Shown here one piece after another: positions 48,334 through 57,066 of a stretch of DNA of 64,000 nt (position 1 is its first letter; each line of letters opens with the position of its first letter). The notes below the pieces were generated by a model. The model was not told where the DNA came from. It saw only the letters and a program-made list of their open reading frames with translations, and did no database searches. Origin of the DNA: Spirochaetales bacterium (GTDB lineage: Bacteria > Spirochaetota > Spirochaetia > JAFGXN01); the NCBI GenBank assembly GCA_016936615.1, contig JAFGXN010000007.1:28575-92574 (forward strand), written 5' to 3'. The position numbers and the translations under genes are program-made.

Positions 48334-49106
48334 ATGGGAGCTAACACACAGAAGATGAACCGCGATGGGATTATCGAGTTCCTTCAATCAGAGGGGCAAA
48401 TCAGATTTGAAGAACAGTTGCACAGGAAATATGAAATAGAGCGGGATTTTGTTCCTCAGAAGTTGAGATCTTATCTTGAAAGAGCAGGAATAGTCTCGAC
48501 CCTCGATGACGAATCAATATTGCTTAACCTCGGCGTTGCAACCAAAGTGGGTGACAAGCTACGAATGAACAATGCAGGTGTACTTTTTTTTACAGAATCT
48601 ACACAGCTACTCTGTGAACAAGCAACAATCACCTGTGGAGTCTTCGATGGCACAGCTCGAATAAACGTTTTAAACCGAAAGGACTACTCGCTTGACATGA
48701 TTACAAACATCAACAACACCCTACACTTTATCAAGCAGGAGCTACGAGTAAAATACGAGATGCAGGAGCACCCGAACCTCTCTTCGAATTTGGAAGCTTC
48801 TACACAATAATCTTCCCCCGCCCTGGCTACGCAGCAAAAAACAAGCAAACAAGCTCAGGAGTTGATTCGGAGAAAAGTTCGGAGATATCTATGACTAAGT
48901 TGGGAGAAAAGTTGGGAGAAAATGAACTGAAAGTGATAGACGAAATCTACAAAAATAAAAAAGCCTCTATTTCATCAATTGCCGACGCAACAAACCTAAG
49001 CACCACAGGAGTCGAGAAAATAATTGCCCGCCTGAAAAACAAAAACATTCTAAAACGAGTCGGTCCATACAAGGGTGGACACTGGGAGATCGTCGATAAG
49101 GCGTAG
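48334..49106 (+). pseudogene. Decayed Schlafen/AlbA_2-type ('divergent AAA', RecG-C-like) transcriptional regulator, split into two ORF fragments
   Basis: ORF 48334-48810 carries the tail of an AlbA_2 domain (NAGVLFFTES...ITCGVFDGTAR). ORF 48891-49106 is a stand-alone C-terminal wHTH module (ISSIADATNLSTTGVEKIIARLKNKNILKRVG). Intact members carry both plus an ATPase-like middle region in one about-450 aa protein. Confidence 0.4.
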
Positions 49107-49177
49107 TAAAAAGAATTAATTCATTTTTTTATTTACAAAAAAATTATCATCACTTACAATGATGCAAGATCAGAAAC

Positions 49178-50053
49178 ATGGAGAACAAAGTGAAAAGAAT
49201 TTCAGGACTAGCTATCTTTTTTTTAATAATAACAAGACTACATGCGTTTGACATTAACAAAGATAATTTCTCAATAAAAGTTGACATCGGAGAATACCTT
49301 GTAGCCAATGACGAAGAAATTTTTCTAATAGAATGGTTTGAAGAGATTCCAACGATTATAAATAAATCTAAGAGACAAGATAAAATTTTAAATGCGAATG
49401 GTTATTCATCTATCAGCATAGGCGGGCAAGAATACTTTATCGTTGAGCTAAATGGTAGATTTTTTTCAACACAAAAGAGCGATTATATTAAAGAAGACTT
49501 TACCTTTTTAGAGGGGCAAGTTCAGGTAAAAAAAGTAAATGCTAGTTCCGAACTTTTAGAAAAATCCACAAAAGGAGAAACTCTATACAGGGGTATATTT
49601 CCACTGTTTAGATTAACTGCTGAAAAACCATTTGGATATTTTATCAATTATAATGGACTTCCTTGGGTTCCAGATGTAAAAAGAGACAAAATTCCATATC
49701 TAGATATTGAATTAGAAGAAGCAGTTGAAACAATTAGTCTCATCCCTGGATTTTTGGATTTCAAAAGACAAAACCTTTTTTATGATAACTCCAGAGTAAA
49801 ATCAATTGAAATAACAAATTTTGAGACAAACAAAAGCCTCGGTGTATTCATTCTTGAAGATAAAATAAAGTACACAACAATATGTCTAAGCGAGGAAGTA
49901 AAGAATTTCCGCATTAAGATTATAGATACTTACCCAGGGAAAAAATACAATGATCCTTGCATATCATCAATAATCTTTAATTTTGGTAAAGAGACAGGCG
50001 ATTACGGATTGAAAGATCTGGAATTGTTTAAAAACATGGGAATTCTAAAATAA
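49178..50053 (+). CDS. Hypothetical secreted protein
   Basis: Signal peptide (ISGLAIFFLIITRLHA). No recognisable domain. Confidence 0.45.
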   Translation: MENKVKRISGLAIFFLIITRLHAFDINKDNFSIKVDIGEYLVANDEEIFLIEWFEEIPTIINKSKRQDKILNANGYSSISIGGQEYFIVELNGRFFSTQKSDYIKEDFTFLEGQVQVKKVNASSELLEKSTKGETLYRGIFPLFRLTAEKPFGYFINYNGLPWVPDVKRDKIPYLDIELEEAVETISLIPGFLDFKRQNLFYDNSRVKSIEITNFETNKSLGVFILEDKIKYTTICLSEEVKNFRIKIIDTYPGKKYNDPCISSIIFNFGKETGDYGLKDLELFKNMGILK

Positions 50054-50122
50054 AAACGTATAGAACTGATCTATAATTTTTCTATGATGGCTAGTCGTGA
50101 AAGATTCTAAATTTATTCCAGC

Positions 50123-50290
50123 TCACGCCCCAATCTTTGGATCTGCTATCAATACCTCTGCGGGAATACCAAGACCGGAGTGCAATTGACGAATCATGGA
50201 TAGCGATAAACTTCTTTTGCGATTCAGAACCTCTGAGACCTTGCTGCGACTACCAATATATTGAACTAAATCAGAATGAGAAAGCCCCAT
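50123..50290 (-). pseudogene. Remnant of a HigA-type (XRE/HTH_3) antitoxin gene, C-terminal HTH part only
   Basis: Unlisted 55-codon reverse-strand ORF: MGLSHSDLVQYIGSRSKVSEVLNRKRSLSLSMIRQLHSGLGIPAEVLIADPKIGA. It matches the conserved HigA HTH (..LSQSDLA..LGVSRSHVSEILNGKR.LT.EMIRKLHK.LGIPADVLL). The about-40 aa N-terminal part and any HigB partner are missing. Confidence 0.4.
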
Positions 50291-50300
50291 TCACCCATTC

Positions 50301-50329
50301 TTGACACTCCAACAATTTTAAAAGATAAT
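50301..50329 (+). promoter_or_regulatory. Putative sigma70 promoter for the ACP-KAS-AOS operon
   Basis: TTGACA-17 nt-GATAAT, about 95 nt upstream of the ACP start. Confidence 0.35.
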
Positions 50330-50425
50330 ATATAAAATAGCTGTTGCAGCGACTCCGCGCGGCGGGGGTTTTGGATTTTCAGCATCGCAGATGCATTTTT
50401 CAGGAAATCAGATACAGGAGAAAAT

Positions 50426-50791
50426 ATGGACACCGAGGCAAAGATTATTGAAATGATTGCGGAGATTCTTGATTTGGATCAGGAGGAGATCTCTGGAGAA
50501 AGTTATATGGTCAGGGATTTGGAGGCAGAGTCGATTGATCTGCTGGAGCTCGCAGTTGAGCTTAATTCAGCGTTTAAGATGAAAATCGACGAGAATATGG
50601 CTTTTTTGAAGACCCTAAGGGTGCACATCAAAGAGGCTGCGGATAACGGAAGCGATGCCGCAGATGCAGTAGCTGAGAATTTTCCATACTTGAGCACGCA
50701 GAGAATTAAAGATATATTGCTAGAGCTTGCAAACGGCCCTGTGCTGAAGGTCAAGGACATCGCAAACTACATCCAGTACAAAGGAAATTAA
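50426..50791 (+). CDS. Acyl carrier protein (dedicated, with C-terminal extension)
   Basis: Phosphopantetheine attachment context DLEAESIDLLELAVELNSAF (compare [20 protein letters not shown]). 121 aa versus about 78 aa for housekeeping ACP. Confidence 0.7.
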   Translation: MDTEAKIIEMIAEILDLDQEEISGESYMVRDLEAESIDLLELAVELNSAFKMKIDENMAFLKTLRVHIKEAADNGSDAADAVAENFPYLSTQRIKDILLELANGPVLKVKDIANYIQYKGN

Positions 50792-51433
50792 ATGCTAGAT
50801 AAAATTATCCGCGAACGACGGACAATCAGAGAATATACTCAGGAAATTCCTCCCCTTGAATTGAGAAAAAAGGTCGCAGAGGCTGGGTTATACGCCCCCA
50901 CTGCGACAAATTCTCAGCCATTCTTGATTCGAGAACTGAGCAAAGACGAGGTAGCTTCGATACAAAACCTGATGGAGAAGCGCTACGAGGAATTACTTGC
51001 TGCAGCAGAGAGTTGCGAAGACAAGAAAGTCGCAAAAGTCATAAATTTCTATTGGAGATTCAGCAAGCCAGTTCTGGCAGCACCGATTGTGTGGCTTTTT
51101 CTTGGGGAAAAAACTCCAAGCTTCACGCAGAGGCTTCAAGATGCTGGCCTTATCTCCTACACCGAAGCTAAGGCTAGCTCAGCCATGAGGATCTCCCTCG
51201 GATGTGTAATCCAGAACATGCTGCTCAAGGCAAAGGAGCTGGGACTAGGCTCCGGCGTCTACAGTGCACCATTTATTTTTCTTGAAAAAGATGAATCCGC
51301 CCTACTCGAAGACCTCGGCATCGACAGCCAGAAGTACTTCCCAGCAGAGTTTCTGACCATTGGCTATCCGGCAGAGAATCCTGACCGGCCGCACAGTAAA
51401 ACACTCGATGAGGTTTTTAAATACAATGAATGA
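50792..51433 (+). CDS. Nitroreductase-family flavoprotein
   Basis: N-terminal RRTIREYT and ...APTATNSQPF motifs typical of the nitroreductase/NADH-oxidase fold. Translationally coupled to the ACP gene upstream and the KAS gene downstream. Confidence 0.65.
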   Translation: MLDKIIRERRTIREYTQEIPPLELRKKVAEAGLYAPTATNSQPFLIRELSKDEVASIQNLMEKRYEELLAAAESCEDKKVAKVINFYWRFSKPVLAAPIVWLFLGEKTPSFTQRLQDAGLISYTEAKASSAMRISLGCVIQNMLLKAKELGLGSGVYSAPFIFLEKDESALLEDLGIDSQKYFPAEFLTIGYPAENPDRPHSKTLDEVFKYNE

Positions 51434-52595
51434 AAAAGTCGTGGTCAGCGGCGTTGGATTTGTCCTCAATGATGTTCAGAGCCTAGCCGACATCGCAGAA
51501 AAATATGATAATCCCTCTGTAAATTTTAACTTTTTCACTACGAAAAGCGGAGAGACCTTCCCGACACTACCCATCGCTGGCTTCGACCTCGCATCCATCG
51601 TCGGCAGGTGCAAGAACAAGCGCTACCTCCCGAGGGCAGGACAGTTCGGCCTTGCTGCGGCAAAGCTGGCAATCAACGATGCAAATCTATCCGAGGATGC
51701 GCTAACTGGTGCCGGACTCTTCTCCGGGCTAGGCCCCAACCTCGAAGAATCATACGAAGATGCAGAGACAAAGGCACTCTGGCTGCTTAATTTTTTACCC
51801 AATACACTCAATTCAGTAATCACAAGCCAGTTCAAGATTCACGGCGGGGCTAACACCTACGGCAACGCCTGTGCAGCCTCAACCCAGGCAATCGCAGAGG
51901 CCTTTGAGAAGGTAAAATTCGGACTCCTCCCGCTTGCAATCGCTGGCGGCGCTGACTCGCGCATCAACGAATACGGAATATCAAGCTATGCAAGCGCACA
52001 GGCGCTCTACAAACTCGAATCCCGTCCCAATCTACCCGACTCGAACTCGCCCGACACAGCAGACTACGCAGTCGACTACAGGCCAATGACAGCTACACCG
52101 CGCGGATTCGTCCCCGGCGAAGGCTCGGCCTACCTCGTAATCGAGACAGAGACGTGCGCAATCGCCCGCGGTGCATCAATCTACGCTGAAATTCTCGGCT
52201 GCGGCTACTCCAGCGACGGCTACAACATGACCGCCCCCGACCCGGACGGGTTCTACGCGGGCAAAGCTATCGAGATGGCTCTCTCCCGCGCGGGCCTCAC
52301 TCCATCACAGATCGATTGCGTCTCCTGCCACGGCACCGGAACCAGCCGCAACGACGAAATGGAACAGAAATTGCTAGAATCCATCTTCGGCAGCAGACAG
52401 CCTGAAATTTTCACCTTCAAGAAGATCTTCGGCCACCTTGCCTCAGCCTGCGGCGCAGCCGAAACTGTCGCGACAATTGCTATGCTGAATAGTCAGTCAA
52501 CAAGCCCGCGCGCGACAGCTCTGATTCAGAACTTCGGCTTCGGCGGCCAGAACACAGCCCTAATCATTCGAAAATACGAGCGCCGCAATGGATAA
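51426..52595 (+). CDS. Beta-ketoacyl-ACP synthase I/II (FabF/FabB-like)
   Basis: Active-site Cys in GGANTYGNACAAS and the two His motifs (CVSCHGTGTSRND, KKIFGHLASACGAAE). ATG at 51426 overlaps the upstream stop (ATGAATGA). Confidence 0.85.
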   Translation: MNEKVVVSGVGFVLNDVQSLADIAEKYDNPSVNFNFFTTKSGETFPTLPIAGFDLASIVGRCKNKRYLPRAGQFGLAAAKLAINDANLSEDALTGAGLFSGLGPNLEESYEDAETKALWLLNFLPNTLNSVITSQFKIHGGANTYGNACAASTQAIAEAFEKVKFGLLPLAIAGGADSRINEYGISSYASAQALYKLESRPNLPDSNSPDTADYAVDYRPMTATPRGFVPGEGSAYLVIETETCAIARGASIYAEILGCGYSSDGYNMTAPDPDGFYAGKAIEMALSRAGLTPSQIDCVSCHGTGTSRNDEMEQKLLESIFGSRQPEIFTFKKIFGHLASACGAAETVATIAMLNSQSTSPRATALIQNFGFGGQNTALIIRKYERRNG

Positions 52596-53004
52596 GTTCA
52601 CCAGCGGGCGCGACTCGATTTTTTTAATAGCAAAAATACGGAAATTCACCCCAACAATGATGAAAGTTAGTTCAAAGCCTCTTTCCGGCAGGAGCTGGGA
52701 GGTCTGCGAGCTGATGGCACAGACCGGCTCATTCCACGCGCGCATCCTCACCAAGTTTGAGCGGCAATCTTTCTTCCTGCAAGTCAAAGAGCTACGGCTG
52801 CCTGCACGAATCCACGGCAGATGCACCGCGAAGGCTCGCCTGATTGAAAGCTCAGAGACAAGTTTCAAGTACGAGGTGAAAATCTCGCGTCACTGCTATG
52901 GAATTTTTTTCTTTAGTACATTAAAATATGAGAACTTCAACGAAGCAGAGCAGTTAAGCGACTTTTACAAAGGGCAGGTAAAAAAGATATGGAAAAAATT
53001 CTGA
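52588..53004 (+). CDS. Hypothetical protein (138 aa) embedded in the KAS-AOS operon
   Basis: In frame, GC-rich like its neighbours, and overlapping both flanking genes. No recognisable motif. Confidence 0.4.
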   Translation: MDKFTSGRDSIFLIAKIRKFTPTMMKVSSKPLSGRSWEVCELMAQTGSFHARILTKFERQSFFLQVKELRLPARIHGRCTAKARLIESSETSFKYEVKISRHCYGIFFFSTLKYENFNEAEQLSDFYKGQVKKIWKKF

Positions 53005-54116
53005 GGCGTCTAACAAATGAGTTGGAGGCGCTTGCACAGCAGGGGCTTTACCGCAGACCGGTTCTACGCGACAATTCGAACCGCGATTTTATAAATCTCT
53101 CGTCAAACGATTATCTTGGACTTGCCTCTTCGAAATTTGCAAAAAAGGCGCTAATTGCCTCAATCAAGAAGAACCAGGTCGGCGCTGGCGCGTCACGGCT
53201 TGTTACCGGGAATTTTAAGAGCATAACCGATGCGGAGCGGGAGTTTGCGCAATTCTTCAGATATGAGGATTGCCTTTTTTTCAGCAGCGGCTTTCAAGCC
53301 AATACAGGGCTAATCTCAAGCCTATTTTCCAGCGATGACTGCGTTTTCTTTGACAAACACGTGCACTCTAGCATGGTCTTCGGACTCGAGGGATCACCTG
53401 CGACGATTAAATCGTTCAAGCACAATGACTTAGAACACTTAGACAAACGGTTAGAAGCCTGCAATGTCGCTGGACAGAAGGTTGTCCTGACAGAATCATG
53501 TTTCAGCATGGACGGGGATTGCCCCGATTTCGAAGCGCTCGCAAGATTAAAGAAAAAGCACAACCTATTCGTGATTGTCGATGAGGCCCACTCTTTCGGT
53601 CTTCTCGGCGAAAAAGGTTGCGGGCTTGCCGGTGATGTGGCTGATATCGCAGTCGGCACCTTTGGAAAAAGTTATGGTCACTACGGGGCTTTTCTACTTT
53701 TACCCACACATATCAAAGAGTACCTGATCAACACCTCGCGACCACTAATCTACACGACAGCACTACCCCCCTACTTCGGCGATTTTGCTCTCCGCCTGCT
53801 ACGAAAATCAGCGACAATGGAAAAAGAACGAGCCACCACGCTAGAACTTGCCGCCTACTTGAAAAAGCGACTTCAATCTGAAGGCTTCTCAGTGGCAGGC
53901 GATGCACACATTCTGGCAATCGAAATCGGCAATGAGGCCCGTGCTGCAGAAATATCAAAGCAGCTGTTAGATGCAGGCTTCATGGCTGGTGCAATCCGCT
54001 TCCCGACAGTTCCATTGAATAAGGCGATAATCCGTGTAAGCTTGAATTGTGGACTGAAGAGAACACAGATTGAAAAATTCTGTGATTATTTGGCTCAATA
54101 CATTAGAGATATTTGA
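52989..54116 (+). CDS. Alpha-oxoamine synthase family PLP enzyme (BioF / serine palmitoyltransferase / KBL / CqsA-like)
   Basis: N-terminal LSSNDYLGL, PLP-lysine motif TFGKSYG, and D..H (VIVDEAHSFG) motifs. Confidence 0.8.
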   Translation: MEKILRRLTNELEALAQQGLYRRPVLRDNSNRDFINLSSNDYLGLASSKFAKKALIASIKKNQVGAGASRLVTGNFKSITDAEREFAQFFRYEDCLFFSSGFQANTGLISSLFSSDDCVFFDKHVHSSMVFGLEGSPATIKSFKHNDLEHLDKRLEACNVAGQKVVLTESCFSMDGDCPDFEALARLKKKHNLFVIVDEAHSFGLLGEKGCGLAGDVADIAVGTFGKSYGHYGAFLLLPTHIKEYLINTSRPLIYTTALPPYFGDFALRLLRKSATMEKERATTLELAAYLKKRLQSEGFSVAGDAHILAIEIGNEARAAEISKQLLDAGFMAGAIRFPTVPLNKAIIRVSLNCGLKRTQIEKFCDYLAQYIRDI

Positions 54117-54173
54117 CATATTAGAACATTAATGGTAATATTTCCACATACCATAAGGTATTAGGGGAAAAAA

Positions 54174-55496
54174 ATGTCAACAACTACTACAATATCAACA
54201 AAGATCGGAAATAGAATAGTCGATGTCGAATGTCTGAGATTAACACCACAAGAGATAAATCTTTTTTTAACACCAAAGCTAGAATCTGACCACTTCACTA
54301 GCAAGGAAGACTATATGGAGAAGGTCTCACTTTGGCTGATTCCTGAACTTGCGGAAGCGGAATTGCAGAAGGAAGACTACAAATCCCTCTACTACTCGCT
54401 ATTGAGACTTCACCCGACGATGGAATATGAAAGACTAGAGTTCTGGAAGTCTCGTGGCTTTGAGCCAGATTATTGTGTAGAGTTTCAAGAACAGAGAACT
54501 AACACCTTTGCACCACGCCCGACAACTGCGAAGCAATTCCAGCAACAGCGGGGAAGAGCTGCAAATATTGCAGGGAAGCTTAGGGAAACTAATATAGAAG
54601 AACTTAAATTAAAGGTAAAAGAGGATGTCATGGGCCAAGACAAAGCTATCGATGCGATCTTTGACTGGCTCTACCTTATTGCAGGTGGTGCAACTAGCGA
54701 CAGGGCTAATCTTTTCTGTGGATACCTGATGGGACCATCTGGTGTGGGCAAGACCTCATTTGTCGAATCACTCTCTGCCCACTCCGGAATAAATTTCAAA
54801 CAATTCTCAGGCTCCGAATATCAGGAGGCCTACGATGCTAAACGCTTCCTCGGTTCTGCGCCAGGACTTGTCGGCTACGATGAAGAGGGCGGCCCGCTAC
54901 AGAAATTCGTAGCAAGATACCCTGACGGAATAATCCTCTTTGACGAGGCTGACAAAATGCACCCATCAATCTGGACAGCTCTAACCAACTTTCTCGACAA
55001 GGGGGTAATCCAGGACGGCAAGGGCAAAGATCTCTACTTCAATGGACTAATATTTTTCACAAGCAATATCGGCTACAATTTCTTCGACACTCAGATGTCT
55101 ATCGGCTTTGATAAAGAGAACAAAGCCGAGCTTGAAGAAAAAAGATTAAAAAAACTTATTGAAAAGCAGCTCCCATTCGAAATAATCGGACGAATTAACG
55201 ACTTTTTCCAATTTGAGAAACTTAGCAAAGAGGATCTGAACATGATTCTCGCTCAGACAATCAGCAAGAAGAACAACGCGCTGGTCTCAGGCAAGATAAG
55301 CCTCTGCCACTCAGCATGCAATTACATAATTGACAAGGCCTTTGACCCGAAGACAGGCGCGAGAAATCTCCACCACGTCTACGAGAAGGAGATTCTGCTC
55401 CCATTTATCAAGACAAGCCTGTCATCTGACAAAGAAAAATCGGTATTTGTAACTTACGAAGAGGAACAGTTAGTATTTGAGGATGTAACAGCATAA
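54174..55496 (+). CDS. Stand-alone Clp/Hsp100 D2-like AAA+ ATPase (AAA_2 + ClpB_D2-small) with a unique about-145 aa N-terminal region
   Basis: VMGQDKAIDAI sensor region, Walker A GPSGVGKTS, Walker B ILFDEADKMHP, arginine-finger/sensor-2 region, and C-terminal KTGARNL. No second AAA domain. Confidence 0.65.
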   Translation: MSTTTTISTKIGNRIVDVECLRLTPQEINLFLTPKLESDHFTSKEDYMEKVSLWLIPELAEAELQKEDYKSLYYSLLRLHPTMEYERLEFWKSRGFEPDYCVEFQEQRTNTFAPRPTTAKQFQQQRGRAANIAGKLRETNIEELKLKVKEDVMGQDKAIDAIFDWLYLIAGGATSDRANLFCGYLMGPSGVGKTSFVESLSAHSGINFKQFSGSEYQEAYDAKRFLGSAPGLVGYDEEGGPLQKFVARYPDGIILFDEADKMHPSIWTALTNFLDKGVIQDGKGKDLYFNGLIFFTSNIGYNFFDTQMSIGFDKENKAELEEKRLKKLIEKQLPFEIIGRINDFFQFEKLSKEDLNMILAQTISKKNNALVSGKISLCHSACNYIIDKAFDPKTGARNLHHVYEKEILLPFIKTSLSSDKEKSVFVTYEEEQLVFEDVTA

Positions 55497-55504
55497 AGAA
55501 GAGA

Positions 55505-55537
55505 CTGCCCCGAAGAGATTCAGGGCAGATTTTTTTT
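55505..55537. terminator. Intrinsic terminator between convergent genes
   Basis: CTGCCC-12 nt-GGGCAG stem followed by a run of eight T. Confidence 0.5.
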
Positions 55538-55542
55538 ATAAT

Positions 55543-56898
55543 CTACGGCATCGTAACAGTTAAAGCATCCATCTCAGCTGGTGTTTTTGGGCTGAAAGGA
55601 ATAGTAGAAGTATCAAAATCACTACTCCAACTTGGTGTATCTAGGTCATTTGTTCCAAGAAATATACTAGTCGAATCATAGTACCCAGGATTTGTAAGCT
55701 TTGTAACAAAGGCAAATGCATTTAAAAAATCATAACCGGTGATGCTCTCAGTAGTAACAAAGGTGTTCAAGGTATTTATTATTGTAAAAATATCAGCTGT
55801 TGTTGTTCCTGTTGTTATGGCTCCAGATATGGCGGAATAACCCTGTCCAGAATATGGTCCTGCAATAGCAGTATTATAATCTGTAATCATGTCGTTAAAC
55901 TCGTCAATATTGTTGGTGCTTGGTCCCGCCCCATCAGTTCCATATTTAAGATATCTTGCAATGACATCCTTATAGGCCTCGCTAACACTCCACGTGGTGA
56001 AAGGAGTTGTAGAAGCAGAAGAAAAAGGAACAAGAGCAAGATCTAACGCAGCCTTATAAGTAGTTGTCTCTCCAGAAGTGGTCTCTGTAACAATAGTCCT
56101 GTAAGAGTAACAACCAGAGCCAGAGGTTGCAGAATCAGATTGAGCAAGAAAATCTACAAAAAATTCATCAAAATCACTGCCAACAACTGCACCATTATAA
56201 TCTTTATAAAGTGCTGTAGCGGCTCCTGAATATTTACTATCCTTGTACGAAAATTTCAGCCATAACTTCTCAGGAGATTGAGAGATCTCATCAGCTGTGC
56301 TAGCATAACCTTTCATGTTTATTACTGTAAGCTCAGTAACATGGCCATATGTTTCATCAGTTGTATCAAAGACAACCTTCACCACAGGCGTTGTCGTCTC
56401 GCTAGCATCATAATCAGTGTAATAAATTGTACCAGAATAACCGCTACTCTTTGGGGTCAAAGAAAAGTTAAGATACTTCCTGTCATCAGCAGTATCCTCG
56501 GTACCACTGTTATCTGTTGCAACAAAGCCATAGACCCCATCAGCATAGGTCAATGTCCAAGCTGTGTTCGTGGATGAATCAACATAGGAAAAGCTCCCAG
56601 CTAACTTCAACCCTGCAAGCCTTCCAGAATCATCAAACAAGAAGGTCTGAGCTTTTTCAAGTAGAGAATTAGTCCCGACTAGAGCCTCATTCGCAAACTT
56701 GTTAAAGACATCTGTGACAGGACTGTAGACAGTATTTAAATCTGCCTTCAACTCAGCATCTGTAGCTCTAGAAGAGCTGGTTCCTCCTGCAATTAAATCA
56801 GGAATAGTTAAAACTGCATTCTTCACATCTATATCAGAAGAGCCGCCACAACCAATAAAAAACACAATGGTTAAACAAAATAAAATATATTTTTTCAT
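55543..56898 (-). CDS. Thr/Ser/Gly/Tyr-rich surface lipoprotein
   Basis: ATG at 56898 preceded by AGGAGG. MKKYILFCLTIVFFIGCGGSS lipobox. Low-complexity T/S-rich body. Confidence 0.5.
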   Translation of the reverse strand: MKKYILFCLTIVFFIGCGGSSDIDVKNAVLTIPDLIAGGTSSSRATDAELKADLNTVYSPVTDVFNKFANEALVGTNSLLEKAQTFLFDDSGRLAGLKLAGSFSYVDSSTNTAWTLTYADGVYGFVATDNSGTEDTADDRKYLNFSLTPKSSGYSGTIYYTDYDASETTTPVVKVVFDTTDETYGHVTELTVINMKGYASTADEISQSPEKLWLKFSYKDSKYSGAATALYKDYNGAVVGSDFDEFFVDFLAQSDSATSGSGCYSYRTIVTETTSGETTTYKAALDLALVPFSSASTTPFTTWSVSEAYKDVIARYLKYGTDGAGPSTNNIDEFNDMITDYNTAIAGPYSGQGYSAISGAITTGTTTADIFTIINTLNTFVTTESITGYDFLNAFAFVTKLTNPGYYDSTSIFLGTNDLDTPSWSSDFDTSTIPFSPKTPAEMDALTVTMP

Positions 56899-57015
56899 AT
56901 ATCCTCCTAGATAAAGGCTAAACAACATCAAGATTCATGTCAAATTTTTACAAATGATATCAAAATAAACGGTTTTTCTATATTTCTAAAAAAAAAATTC
57001 TAAAGCCATAACTAG

Positions 57016-57044
57016 TTGAAAACAATCTGTAGAAACTTTATAAT
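57016..57044 (+). promoter_or_regulatory. Near-consensus sigma70 promoter for the IIA-like/antiporter operon
   Basis: TTGAAA-17 nt-TATAAT. GGAG RBS 6 nt before the ATG at 57067. Confidence 0.4.
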
Positions 57045-57066
57045 TTGTATATATATGGAGCGAAAA

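Noticed and set aside
50340-50400. Short GC-rich patch (…GCGACTCCGCGCGGCGGGGGTTTTGG…) upstream of the ACP gene, considered as a terminator or integration (att) site
   Set aside because: The only self-complementary element (CCGCGCGG) is too short for a stable terminator stem. No direct-repeat partner was found elsewhere in the window. It probably just marks the start of the GC-rich acquired block.
53294-53958. Reverse-strand ORFs (121, 68, 76 aa) inside the alpha-oxoamine synthase gene
   Set aside because: Same GC-richness artefact. The sense frame carries the PLP-lysine and other AOS motifs.
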